This document shows positions 27,533 through 36,748 of a stretch of DNA of 64,000 bases, piece after piece. The number at the start of each line of letters is the position of its first letter. The first letter of the stretch is position 1. Origin of the DNA: Saprospiraceae bacterium (GTDB lineage: Bacteria > Bacteroidota > Bacteroidia > Chitinophagales > Saprospiraceae); the NCBI GenBank assembly GCA_041744755.1, contig JBGTKC010000087.1:2600-66599 (forward strand). The letters are read 5' to 3'. The translations under genes and the position numbers were made by a program. A model generated the notes under the pieces. That model worked only from the letters and a program-made list of their open reading frames with translations, was not told where the DNA came from and did not search any database.

Positions 27533-30355
27533 TCACCCTACCACGAAATTGATCATCCGCCCAGGCACGACGATGACGCGCTTGATCTCCCCTTCTGCTA
27601 GGTAGCTCGCGAGCTCGGGCAGCATTTTGGCGGAAGCCTCCAACTCCTCCTTGCTCGCAGCCGACGGCATTCTTGCGGTGGTACGCTTCTTACCATTGAC
27701 GCTGATCGGGTACTCTATCTCGGATTCGACGAGGTACTGTTCCTCCAGCTGCGGGAACTGCGCCAAGTGGATAGAATCGGTATGACCGAGCCTTTCCCAA
27801 AGCTCTTCGGTGAAGAAAGGCGCGAAGGGGGCCATCAGTCGGGCGAGTGGCTCGAGAACCTGGCCGCTCCGGCACCCCTGACCGCGTAGGTCGTTGACGC
27901 AGATCATAAACGTGCTTACGCAAGTATTCATACTGAAGCGCTCGATGTCCTCGCGGACTTTCTTGATTGCCGTATGGAGGGACTTCATTGCCTCCTCGGT
28001 CGGGGCTACGTCGCTCACGGTCCACTGGTCCTGCTCGTCGTAGTAGAGGCTGTACAGCTTACGCAAAAACTTGGCGACGCCCTCGATGCCATTAACGCTC
28101 CACGGTTTGTGCTGCTCGATCGGCCCGAGGAACATCTCGTACATCCGGAAGCAGTCCGCGCCGTAGCGCCCGATGATGTCGTCGGGGTTGACGACGTTGT
28201 AACGGGACTTAGACATCTTACCGACCTCGGAGTGGGTCAAGAATTTGTTCGGGTCGGCGCCAAAACGAAATTCGGTGTCGGCATACTCCGGTCGCCATGC
28301 GCGGAAGCGCTCGATCTGATCGACGTCGAGGTAGCTCGCGCGATCGTCGAAGCCATAGTCGCTCACGTAGTCGACGAGCACGTAGTTGGGCGCGAAGGCA
28401 TCCCGATTGGCTTCCTCGACGAGGTCTGCGCTCGCGAAATACTTGTCCCCCTTGTGGAAGAAGATGGTCTCGATCACGCCTTGGATCATGCCCTGGTTGA
28501 TGAGCTTGGCGAAGGGTTCTTTCGTGGGCACGACGGCCAGGTCGTACAGGAACTTCTGCCAGAACCTCGCGTAGAGCAGGTGACTGACCGCGTGCTCCGT
28601 GCCGCCGACGTAGAGGTCAACGTTTTGCCAGTAGGCCATCGCTTCCGCGCTGGCCAGCGCCTCCGCGTTGCCGGGGTCCATGTATCGCAAAAAATACCAA
28701 CTACTACCTGCGACGGCGGGCATGGTGTCGGTCTCGCGGGTGTAGCCCGGGAGCTCGTTGACCCAATCCGTGGCGCGCGCCAGGGGGCCAGCCCCGCCTG
28801 AGGTGGGCTTGTAGTCGTCAAGTTTAGGCAGGACTACAGGCAGATCCGCATCCGGGGCACGCTCGGGGATGCCCTCGGCGTCGTACACGATCGGAAAGGG
28901 CTCACCCCAGTAGCGCTGGCGTGAGAAGTTCGCGTCGCGCAGCTTGAAGTTGGTCTTGCCCTCCCCTACTCCGAGTTCTTCGAGTCGCGCGGCGGCGGCG
29001 GCGATTGCTGTTTTGACAGGCATGCCGTCGAGGAAAGCGCTGTTGATCAGTGTTCCGACCTTATCGCTCGCCTTCGCGCCCGCTGGCCGGTCGACCACCG
29101 GGATGATTTCGATCCCGTAGTGCCTCGCGAAACGCTCATCGCGCTCATCGTCGCTCGGTACCGCCATGATCGCGCCCGTGCCGTAGTCCATCAGGACGTA
29201 CTCCGCCACATACACCGGCAGACGTTTGCCGGAGAGCGGGTTGAGTGCATAAGCCCCAGTAAACTCTCCGCTCACTTCCTTGACGTCGGACTGGCGGTCG
29301 ATGTCGCTTCGACCCGCGGCTCGAGCTTTGTAAGCGGACACGGCTTCACGGCGATCAGCGATGGTCAATCGGTCGACCAGGGGGTGCTCCGGGGCCAGCA
29401 CCATGAAGGTGGTTCCGTAGATGGTATCGGGGCGAGTGGTGTAGACCTCGATCGACGCGTCCGATCCCTCGACCGCGAAGCGAACCTGTGCCCCGGTCGA
29501 GCGTCCGATCCAGTTGCGCTGCTGGGTCTTGAGGCTGTCGGTCCAGTCGAGCGCTTCCAGGTCATCGAGGAGCCGTTGCGCGTAGGCGCTCGTGCGCAGG
29601 CACCACTGCAGCATCGGGCGTTTCTCGACCGGGTGCCCGCCCCGCTCGGATACACCGTCCTTAATCTCGTCATTCGCGAGCACTGTGCCGAGTGCCTCAC
29701 ACCAGTTGACATAGGCCTGTTTGCGGTACGCGATTCGGTAGTCCATGAGGATCTCGGACTGCCGCTTACGCGAAAACTCGCGCCACTCCTCCGCGCCGAA
29801 CTGTAAGTTCGAATCGCTGGCCGCATGGACGCCGGTGACACCCGTTTTGGCGAAAGCCGCCACGAGGTCGCTGATCGGCATAGCCTTCCCCTCGGCGAGG
29901 TCGTAGTAGCTATCGAACATTCGCGCGAAGGCCCACTGCGTCCACTTGTAGTAGACCGGCTCCGAGGTCACCACCTTGCGGTCCCAGTCGAACGAGAAGC
30001 CGATGAGGTCGAACTGCTCCCGGTAGCGGTGCATATTGGTCGCCGTCGACTCGGACGGGTGGATCCCCGTCTGGATGGCGTACTGCTCTGCCGGTAGTCC
30101 GAAGCTGTCGTAACCCATCGGGTGCAACACGTTGAACCCCTCCATCCGCTTGTAGCGTGAGTAGATGTCTGAGGCGATGTAGCCCAGGGGGTGCCCTACG
30201 TGCAGTCCCGCGCCACTCGGGTAGGGGAACATGTCGAGGACGTAGAATTTAGGTTTCCGCTCGTCGCCGGCGGAGGGTGTGTCGACGCGGTAGGTCCCGC
30301 GCTCTCGCCACGCCGTTCGCCATTTCGCTTCAAAATGCTGAGGAGAGAAAGGCAT
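27533..30355 (-). CDS. leuS: Leucine--tRNA ligase
   Basis: 940 aa. HVGHPLGY (HIGH) and KMSKS motifs, CP1 editing domain. Confidence 0.97.
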   Translation of the reverse strand: MPFSPQHFEAKWRTAWRERGTYRVDTPSAGDERKPKFYVLDMFPYPSGAGLHVGHPLGYIASDIYSRYKRMEGFNVLHPMGYDSFGLPAEQYAIQTGIHPSESTATNMHRYREQFDLIGFSFDWDRKVVTSEPVYYKWTQWAFARMFDSYYDLAEGKAMPISDLVAAFAKTGVTGVHAASDSNLQFGAEEWREFSRKRQSEILMDYRIAYRKQAYVNWCEALGTVLANDEIKDGVSERGGHPVEKRPMLQWCLRTSAYAQRLLDDLEALDWTDSLKTQQRNWIGRSTGAQVRFAVEGSDASIEVYTTRPDTIYGTTFMVLAPEHPLVDRLTIADRREAVSAYKARAAGRSDIDRQSDVKEVSGEFTGAYALNPLSGKRLPVYVAEYVLMDYGTGAIMAVPSDDERDERFARHYGIEIIPVVDRPAGAKASDKVGTLINSAFLDGMPVKTAIAAAAARLEELGVGEGKTNFKLRDANFSRQRYWGEPFPIVYDAEGIPERAPDADLPVVLPKLDDYKPTSGGAGPLARATDWVNELPGYTRETDTMPAVAGSSWYFLRYMDPGNAEALASAEAMAYWQNVDLYVGGTEHAVSHLLYARFWQKFLYDLAVVPTKEPFAKLINQGMIQGVIETIFFHKGDKYFASADLVEEANRDAFAPNYVLVDYVSDYGFDDRASYLDVDQIERFRAWRPEYADTEFRFGADPNKFLTHSEVGKMSKSRYNVVNPDDIIGRYGADCFRMYEMFLGPIEQHKPWSVNGIEGVAKFLRKLYSLYYDEQDQWTVSDVAPTEEAMKSLHTAIKKVREDIERFSMNTCVSTFMICVNDLRGQGCRSGQVLEPLARLMAPFAPFFTEELWERLGHTDSIHLAQFPQLEEQYLVESEIEYPISVNGKKRTTARMPSAASKEELEASAKMLPELASYLAEGEIKRVIVVPGRMINFVVG
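29844..29858 (+). repeat. Exact copy of GTTTTGGCGAAAGCC
   Basis: Inside leuS, antisense to the gene. The gene reads AFAKT. Confidence 0.9.
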
Positions 30356-30500
30356 ACTTGGAGGTTTTGAGGCGCGAGCAGTGTGGCGCAGGGATTGAAG
30401 AGGTACGGTTCGCGATCCACGGTGACAGAGCCGCGGTCGAGTTGTCGGAAACGAAAACGCCCCGCCAGTCCGAGACCAACGAGGCGTTTAAGTTATCGAG

Positions 30501-30575
30501 GGTGGATGACGGGTCTCGAACCCGCGACCTCCGGCACCACAAACCAGCGCTCTAACCAACTGAGCTACAACCACC
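30501..30575 (-). tRNA. tRNA-His (anticodon GTG)
   Basis: Reverse complement reads G(-1)GTGGTTG TA GCTCAGTTGGTTAGAGC G CTGGT TTGTGGT GCCGG AGGTC GCGGG TTCGAGA CCCGT CATCCAC C. It has the encoded G-1 pairing with discriminator C73 that marks tRNA-His. There is one U5/U68 mismatch. CCA is not encoded. Confidence 0.9.
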
Positions 30576-30671
30576 GTGTCAATCGCGCTACCGTCGCGGC
30601 GCGTTTAGCGAGCGCAAATATAGGAACGCGCGCTCCATAGTGTGCCGCCCACAGACCTGTAATTCGAAATC

Positions 30672-31448
30672 TTACTGGGCCGGCATAGGGTCCGCGACGA
30701 GCGTGAACGTGCGCGAGACCGGATTGAGCGGCGCGTCCACCGTCCTGCCCTCGCCGTCGACGAGCGTCAGGGTAACGGTGTTCTCACCCATCGGCAGACC
30801 TTTGATCAGGTATGGTTGCCATTTATCGAGGGTCTCCGAGAACGACCCCACGTCGACCTTCACTTTGTACTGCGCACCGAGGGGGGCGTTGACGGGGTAG
30901 AAGTCCAGCAGGATGGACTCGGTGTCCTTGCCGACGTACTCGCCTTTCGGTCGTGAGTAAAAGAGCATCGGTTGCTCGATGGGCGTCATCTGCGCGATGC
31001 CGCCGTTTGCTACGGTGGCCACCGTGGCGCGGTGGGCGGCGGGCGTCTTGATGCTCTCGTGGTAGCTGCGCGACAGGAAGCTCAACAGGTAGTGCTCCCC
31101 GTCGGGGATGGCCTGCTCAAAGGTCGGCTCGTACTTGGCGATGTAGGGCTCGTTGTCGATGATAAGGTGGATGTGCTGGCCCTTGTCTGAGTTGGCGCAC
31201 ATCGTCGAGCCCGCGTCGGGGGTCTGCTCACCGAGCCTGTACGTCGCGGCGTCGTAGGCGTAGGTAAAGGTCCCATTTGAGTAAGCGACGTCCGTGATGG
31301 AGGCATCGGGGAAGTCGGTGCCCGGCGTCTTCGGCTCGATCGTAATCGCGGTCACCGCGGGCTCGTCGGCGGTGGCCTCGGGAACATCTGCGTTGTTGCA
31401 CGCGATGGCTCCGACAAGGAGGACTGGCAATAGTTTGGCGTAAGTCAT
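30672..31448 (-). CDS. Hypothetical lipoprotein
   Basis: [17 protein letters not shown] lipobox at ATG 31448. Beta-rich. No family recognised. Confidence 0.6.
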   Translation of the reverse strand: MTYAKLLPVLLVGAIACNNADVPEATADEPAVTAITIEPKTPGTDFPDASITDVAYSNGTFTYAYDAATYRLGEQTPDAGSTMCANSDKGQHIHLIIDNEPYIAKYEPTFEQAIPDGEHYLLSFLSRSYHESIKTPAAHRATVATVANGGIAQMTPIEQPMLFYSRPKGEYVGKDTESILLDFYPVNAPLGAQYKVKVDVGSFSETLDKWQPYLIKGLPMGENTVTLTLVDGEGRTVDAPLNPVSRTFTLVADPMPAQ

Positions 31449-31510
31449 GGCGGTAATTTGGCCTGCAAAGTAGCCAAAACCATTCGGCTGCATACCTTCG
31501 GCCTCCGTTC

Positions 31511-31598
31511 GGAGAGATGGCAGAGCGGTTTAATGCGGCGGTCTTGAAAACCGTTGTGCCGAAAGGTACCGGGGGTTCGAATCCCTCTCTCTCCGCCA
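31511..31598 (+). tRNA. tRNA-Ser (anticodon TGA)
   Basis: GGAGAGA acceptor, anticodon loop CTTGAAA, long variable arm, TTCGAAT T-loop. CCA is encoded. Confidence 0.9.
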
Positions 31599-31617
31599 GG
31601 TCCAACGAGACTCAACC

Positions 31618-32253
31618 CTACGCTATCCCCACGACCTTGTGCATCTGTACGCTGAGCCTCCACTGCGGGTGCGCCAGGCAGTACGCCACACAGGCTTCCG
31701 TATTCGCCGCCGCCGCCGGCCCGTCCATGGGCTGCAGCATGAAGTGATCGAAGCGTAGTTGCTCGTGCGCCGACGGGTGGGCCTGTGGCTCGGCCTGCGG
31801 ATAGACGAGCTTAAGCTCGTCCCCACGCTCCACCACCAAGCGCGTTCCCGCCTTTGGGCTCACGCAGACCCAGTCGATGCCCTCGGGCAAGGCAAGCGTC
31901 CCGTTGGTCTCGATGGCGATCTCGAAGCCGCGCGCGTGCAGGGCGGTTACGAGTGCGGCGTCGAGCTGCAGTGCCGGTTCTCCGCCGGTACACACGACGT
32001 ACGGTACGCCACCCCCCGGCCAAAAGCCGGAGACCTGGTTGGCGAGGAGCTCCGCCGTCGCGAAGCGCCCGCCCCCCGCGCCATCCGTCCCGATGAAATC
32101 GGTGTCGCAAAATTTGCAGATCGAATGGGCCCGATCGCGCTCGCGGCCCGACCACAAATTACATCCCGCGAATCGCAAGAACACCGCCGCGCGCCCGGCC
32201 TGCGCGCCCTCGCCCTGCAGCGTGAGGAATACTTCTTTGACGTGATAGGCCAT
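31618..32253 (-). CDS. queE: 7-carboxy-7-deazaguanine synthase
   Basis: [28 protein letters not shown] radical-SAM/QueE N-terminus, 211 aa. Confidence 0.9.
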   Translation of the reverse strand: MAYHVKEVFLTLQGEGAQAGRAAVFLRFAGCNLWSGRERDRAHSICKFCDTDFIGTDGAGGGRFATAELLANQVSGFWPGGGVPYVVCTGGEPALQLDAALVTALHARGFEIAIETNGTLALPEGIDWVCVSPKAGTRLVVERGDELKLVYPQAEPQAHPSAHEQLRFDHFMLQPMDGPAAAANTEACVAYCLAHPQWRLSVQMHKVVGIA

Positions 32254-32285
32254 GGGCTCGGCGGCGAAGGTCGCCCTGCAGTCGG

Positions 32286-32990
32286 CTACCGCGAGGTCAA
32301 ATCATGTTTTAGCGTAAGCACCCAGTAATCGAAGATCAGTTCTCTTTTGTACAACAGCCGAGAGGTGCACCTGAGGCCTGCGTGGGTACAAGCCGACAAG
32401 TATTCACCGAGGGCGAGCTGGTGGGGGTGGAGCACGTCACCGGGGACGGACCTAAACAGCGGCTTTAGCCACTCGCGCCGGTGAGCGTCGACGCTGAGTA
32501 CGAGCGTGCCCGCCGGGGACAGGGCTTTCGCCAAAACCCGCAACACAGTCTCTAGGTCCCGGACGTGGTTGAGGACGTTTAGGCAGTACACGAGATCGAA
32601 TACGGTTTCGGGTCGATACTCCTCCAACGCACACGGCACCCACAACACGTTAGGATGATGCACGCGCGAGAAGTGCGGTAGCGCCTCGTAGTAATTAAGT
32701 AGTGGATCTACGGCCGTGACGCTGGCCCGTGGGTACACCAGAAATACCCCCGCCGGCCCACAGCCCGCGTCCAATATGCGGAGGTCGTACTGGCGATCGG
32801 CTTCCAGAGTGCGACGCAGACCGACGGCCGCGACGAGCGTGCGCCAGTAGGTCTCCTTCCACTCGCGGTACGCCCGCACGTCTCTTCCGGCGAGGTAGCG
32901 CCGCCACCAGCGGCTCTCGGCGAACTGCGCGATGCGCCACCGCAGGCGGCCGACGGAGTGGCGATCGATTTCGATGCGGCGAACATACAC
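32286..32990 (-). CDS. Class I SAM-dependent methyltransferase
   Basis: ILDAGCGPAG motif I and DLVYCLNVLNHV. Only the C-terminal 234 codons of the 569-aa track ORF look coding. The best start is GTG at 32990; there is no Met codon anywhere in this gene. Confidence 0.7.
   Translation of the reverse strand: MYVRRIEIDRHSVGRLRWRIAQFAESRWWRRYLAGRDVRAYREWKETYWRTLVAAVGLRRTLEADRQYDLRILDAGCGPAGVFLVYPRASVTAVDPLLNYYEALPHFSRVHHPNVLWVPCALEEYRPETVFDLVYCLNVLNHVRDLETVLRVLAKALSPAGTLVLSVDAHRREWLKPLFRSVPGDVLHPHQLALGEYLSACTHAGLRCTSRLLYKRELIFDYWVLTLKHDLTSR
32523..32537 (-). repeat. Exact copy of GTTTTGGCGAAAGCC
   Basis: Inside the methyltransferase CDS, sense strand. Encodes VLAKA. Confidence 0.9.
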
Positions 32991-33020
32991 GCCTCCTGCC
33001 GTGCCTACCTTCGCGCGCTT

Positions 33021-34037
33021 ATGAAAATCGCGCCCGGCCAGACTGTCCTCCTCAAAAACACCCGCGAACGCGCTACCGTCATCCAGGCGCTCGACGGTGG
33101 CCAGTACCTCGTCGAGGCGGCCATGGACAAAGAGCGCTTCACGGTTGACGCGGAGCAGGTGGACCCGATCACCGCTACGGCCACTTCCAGCACCTCGCCC
33201 CAACCCCAGGAGCAGGCCGGCGATATCCGCCTGTACGCCGGCACCACCGGCGCCGCCGTCCAACTCGCCTTCCTGCCCGCCGGCGAACTCGATTACAACG
33301 TCACAATCCTTAACCACAGCGACGAGATCATCGTTTTTGCCGCAAGGCTCCTCAGTCACCTGGGACAGCAGTGGAGCCGCCACGGGGTGCTCGGTCCGAC
33401 GCGCGGCCTGCAGCTCGGGCACCTCTACCGCGACCTCATGAACGAGGGCGCCCACATCGAGGTCCAAGTAAGCCGCAAGGACACCGCCGGCACCGACTCG
33501 ATGCAGGAGCGCGACGTCAACCTCAAGCCTAAGAGTTTCTACAAGAACGTCCGCGCGGTGGATTGGTACCCAGACGAGCTCACGGTGATAGACGTCTTTC
33601 AGAAAGTTAAGCTCGTTCGTGCCGCACCTTCTCCCGCCCCGAAGCCAGTTGCGCCCGTGGCTACCATTGGCGCTCCCGATCCGCAGGCGGCGGCAGTCGC
33701 CATATTGGCCACGCGCAAAAGAGTGCTGCCTTACACCATCATGGCCGCCGCCGAGTTCCCGCGCGACCTCGATCTCCACATCGAGCACCTCGTGGACGAC
33801 AAAACGGGGATGACCAACGAGGAAATCGTCCAGATCCAGCTTGAGCACGTGCGGCAGTACCTCGACCGCGCGATTCGCCTCGGGATTGACAAGGTTTATA
33901 TTATCCACGGCAAGGGAAGCGGCGCGCTCCGCAACCGCGTGCACCAACAACTCACGCTGATGGGGGACCTCGAAGGCTTCAAGAACGAGTACCACCCGAG
34001 GTACGACTATGGGGCCACGGAAGTGATGCTGCGCTAG
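33021..34037 (+). CDS. Smr/MutS2-C domain protein
   Basis: C-terminal LDLHIEHL...KVYIIHGKGSGALRNRVHQQL Smr domain. The N-terminus MKIAPGQTVLLKNTRERATV fits the family. ATG at 33021. Confidence 0.8.
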   Translation: MKIAPGQTVLLKNTRERATVIQALDGGQYLVEAAMDKERFTVDAEQVDPITATATSSTSPQPQEQAGDIRLYAGTTGAAVQLAFLPAGELDYNVTILNHSDEIIVFAARLLSHLGQQWSRHGVLGPTRGLQLGHLYRDLMNEGAHIEVQVSRKDTAGTDSMQERDVNLKPKSFYKNVRAVDWYPDELTVIDVFQKVKLVRAAPSPAPKPVAPVATIGAPDPQAAAVAILATRKRVLPYTIMAAAEFPRDLDLHIEHLVDDKTGMTNEEIVQIQLEHVRQYLDRAIRLGIDKVYIIHGKGSGALRNRVHQQLTLMGDLEGFKNEYHPRYDYGATEVMLR

Positions 34038-34056
34038 CCGTCGCTACGGTCCTAGG

Positions 34057-34605
34057 CTAGCTAGCTTTCGGGAACCACCCCATTGCGAAGTCTAACAGTG
34101 AGTCGTGGTGCTCACGGGCGTCAATATTCGAATAGCTGGTCGTTATCCCGATGGTATACATGTGCAGGCTTTCGCCAAAACCAATATCCGAAGGACTGTC
34201 TCCCACCATGACCGAACGCTCGAAGGCGATCTCTGGGAAGAGCTCCCGCGCACGCAAAGCCATGCCCGGTGAGGGCTTACGACACGGATCACGGTCCGCG
34301 GCGAGGGCAGGGCAGTGCAGTATAGCATCCAAGTGAACCCCGGCAGCAGCGGCCCCCGCCGAGAGTGCGGCGTGGACGCGATTGACGTCCTCCTCGGTCA
34401 TTAGGCCTTTGCCGATACCCTGCTGGTTGGTTACCACTACGATCCGTCCGAACTCGCGGCGTAGCAGCACCAAGGCCGACAAGACTCCGGGCAACCACTC
34501 AAAATCCTTCACCGACCTCACGTAGTCGCCAATTACGCGTCGATTCAGTACCCCGTCGCGATCCAGAAACAGCGTCCAGCCGCGATCCACCGTCGGCCGC
34601 ATCAT
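34057..34605 (-). CDS. gmhB: D,D-heptose 1,7-bisphosphate phosphatase / HAD-IIIA hydrolase
   Basis: FLDRDGVLN motif I, VVVTNQQGI, HCP...CRKPSPGM zinc/loop motif, VGDSPSD. Confidence 0.8.
   Translation of the reverse strand: MMRPTVDRGWTLFLDRDGVLNRRVIGDYVRSVKDFEWLPGVLSALVLLRREFGRIVVVTNQQGIGKGLMTEEDVNRVHAALSAGAAAAGVHLDAILHCPALAADRDPCRKPSPGMALRARELFPEIAFERSVMVGDSPSDIGFGESLHMYTIGITTSYSNIDAREHHDSLLDFAMGWFPKAS
34167..34181 (-). repeat. Exact copy of GTTTTGGCGAAAGCC
   Basis: Inside gmhB, sense strand. Encodes FGES. Confidence 0.9.
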
Positions 34606-35624
34606 TCGGCGTACCTACTTGGGGGTGTAGCCACGTTAGCCAGGGCGGCCTCGGCAATGGGACCCGCAGCGCGGACCCGGGTGTCTTCCGACACTGGGAA
34701 AGTGTGTTTCTCAGGTCGGCTCCGGATGATCAGCTCCGCGAGGAAGCCCGTTACGAACAGCTGCGTCCCCACGATCAGTAACACGATCCCGAAGTAGAAT
34801 AGCGGTCGGTCGGCGATCCCGTAGACCGACCAAAAGAGCTTCCCGAGGGTAAGGTATAGCAGGATTAGTAGACCGAGCGTGAACGCCAAGCTCCCCCAAG
34901 TGCCAAAGAAGTGCATCGGCCGCTTACCGAACTTCCCGACGAAAGTGATGGTGAGCAGGTCCAGAAACCCATTCAGGAATCGCTCGAAGCCGAACTTCGT
35001 CACGCCGTACTTGCGGGCGCGGTGCTCGACGACTCTCTCCCCTATTTTGTTGTAGCCAGCCCACTTAGCTAGCAGCGGGATGTAACGGTGCATCTCCCCA
35101 TAGACATCAATGTTCTTGACCACCTCGTTGCGGTAGGCCTTGAGGCCGCAGTTGAAGTCATTGAGTTCGATGCGACTGATGCGCCGCGTCACGCGGTTAA
35201 AGAATCGGCTCGGGATGGTTTTCGACAGTGGATCGTGGCGGGTTTTCTTCCAGCCGCTCACGAGGTCGTACCCCTGCTGCCGGACCATATCTACGAGGCC
35301 CGGGATCTCGTCCGGGCTGTCTTGTAGGTCGGCGTCCATCGTGATGACCACCGCACCCCGGGCACGCTCGAAACCGGCATTGAGCGCCGCGGATTTGCCT
35401 TGATTGCGTCGGAATCGCAGTCCGCGAACGGCTTCATTACGCCTCCCGAGTTCCGAGATCACTTGCCAGCTCGCGTCTGTACTACCGTCGTCGACCAGTA
35501 GCAGTTCGTAGCTCAGACCCTCGTGGTCGCACACTCGCGCCACCCAGGCCGCCAGCTCCGGGAGGCTCTCGTCCTCGTTATATACGGGGACCACGATGGT
35601 GAGGTCGAGCGGAGTCGTGGTCAT
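34602..35624 (-). CDS. Family 2 glycosyltransferase (polyprenyl-phosphate sugar transferase type)
   Basis: IVVPVYNEDESL, VDDGSTD, MDADLQDSPDEIP, two C-terminal TM helices (GtrB/ArnC-like layout). Confidence 0.85.
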   Translation of the reverse strand: MTTTPLDLTIVVPVYNEDESLPELAAWVARVCDHEGLSYELLLVDDGSTDASWQVISELGRRNEAVRGLRFRRNQGKSAALNAGFERARGAVVITMDADLQDSPDEIPGLVDMVRQQGYDLVSGWKKTRHDPLSKTIPSRFFNRVTRRISRIELNDFNCGLKAYRNEVVKNIDVYGEMHRYIPLLAKWAGYNKIGERVVEHRARKYGVTKFGFERFLNGFLDLLTITFVGKFGKRPMHFFGTWGSLAFTLGLLILLYLTLGKLFWSVYGIADRPLFYFGIVLLIVGTQLFVTGFLAELIIRSRPEKHTFPVSEDTRVRAAGPIAEAALANVATPPSRYAE

Positions 35625-36112
35625 ACGTCGGTGGTCTCGGAGACTTCGCCGCGTCCGAGGACGTAGCCCAGCAAGAACGAAAAAGCGGCTCCGTAGATCA
35701 TGCCCTGCGCGAAGTTGAGGAAAGCACCCCCGGGGGTCTGCCGCAATCTATCAGGGGCGAACGTGAGGGCCGGATCGTCCGCCGCGATCCCGGGAGCGTT
35801 CGTGAGGTACAGGCGCGCGTTTTCGATCATGAGTTCGCTCTGGAGGTCGACCAGGCTAGGGTCGAAGACCTCGAAGATCAAAAAGTAATAGGTGCTGTAG
35901 CAGGCGCTCACGAGTATGTACGCAACGAAGGCGTTGCGCGTTGCGATCGCACGCCCCAGCCGCGGCTGGCGGTAGGCCGCCAGCCCCATCGCGATGACGT
36001 AGACGATGAGCAACGACCACTGAAAAAGTGGACTCAGGAAGACTGATCTATCGGTGGCGTACACGGCCGCCATCGCGGACACCACTACCCCACCCCCGGC
36101 GAGACCGATCAA
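35621..36112 (-). CDS. DUF4199-like membrane protein (second tandem copy, start uncertain)
   Basis: Polytopic and similar in layout to the upstream DUF4199 gene. The first canonical in-frame start after the upstream stop is TTG at 36112. The family-like N-terminus (NPLQSAVLIGLAGGG) lies upstream of it. Confidence 0.5.
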   Translation of the reverse strand: MIGLAGGGVVVSAMAAVYATDRSVFLSPLFQWSLLIVYVIAMGLAAYRQPRLGRAIATRNAFVAYILVSACYSTYYFLIFEVFDPSLVDLQSELMIENARLYLTNAPGIAADDPALTFAPDRLRQTPGGAFLNFAQGMIYGAAFSFLLGYVLGRGEVSETTDV

Positions 36113-36159
36113 TACCGCGGACTGCAGAGGATTTCCGATGGTTTGGCGATTGACGCTGG

Positions 36160-36741
36160 TTAGTAGCGTGGCGGTGTCTTCAAAAAGGCGCCGACTCCCA
36201 GCCCGATCAGGACAGGAATCACCACCGCCCCAACCATCGAACTCAACGTCATGACCCAGGGATTCATCGTCATCTCGAGGAGGGACTCGGCGGCCTCGAC
36301 CTGCTCCTCGCTCATACCTTGCTCCTCCATCATCGCCATCTGGGCCTCTACCATCTTCGGCAGGAAGTCCGGCGCGAGCACGTAGTAAAACAGCAGCGTG
36401 AAGAGGCCCGTCACCAGCGCCAGGGCCAACCCGTATCCCAGAGCCCACAATATTGCCCGCCGGAAGGTGAGGTAGCCGCCGTTGCCCTGGTCGCGGTAGG
36501 CCATCATGCCGAGGTAAACGAACACCACGTAAAGGACCAGCGAAATCACGGTGATGATCCAGGAACTCGGCGGCCGACCGTCGTCTCCAAAGTCCATCAT
36601 GCCGGTGTTATAAGCCACCAGCGTAATGACTGACCCGACTACGCCGGTGATCACGCCCCACTTCAGGGCTGTAGGCCAGATGGAGGCGGGCGCCGTCAAG
36701 GTTGGCGGGCGATCGTAGTTCGGTGTATCAATGATCATCAC
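36160..36741 (-). CDS. DUF4199 domain membrane protein
   Basis: 193 aa, four TM segments. ALKWGVITGVVGSVITLVAY start and a central amphipathic loop, as in the DUF4199 family. Confidence 0.75.
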   Translation of the reverse strand: MMIIDTPNYDRPPTLTAPASIWPTALKWGVITGVVGSVITLVAYNTGMMDFGDDGRPPSSWIITVISLVLYVVFVYLGMMAYRDQGNGGYLTFRRAILWALGYGLALALVTGLFTLLFYYVLAPDFLPKMVEAQMAMMEEQGMSEEQVEAAESLLEMTMNPWVMTLSSMVGAVVIPVLIGLGVGAFLKTPPRY

Positions 36742-36748
36742 TGTGGGT

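Noticed and set aside
30383-31663. Small ORFs overlapping tRNA-His and tRNA-Ser (30383-30640, 31445-31663, 31517-31747), and a check of the tRNA flanks for an integrated element.
   Set aside because: The ORFs are read-throughs of tRNA genes. No integrase, direct repeat of the tRNA 3' end, or compositional island follows either tRNA.
32991-33995. N-terminal 335 codons of the 569-aa minus-strand ORF 32286-33995.
   Set aside because: This part is exactly antisense to the well-supported Smr-domain gene. Its composition is Arg/Gly/Val-rich and non-protein-like. This is typical high-GC shadow reading. Only the C-terminal methyltransferase part is kept.
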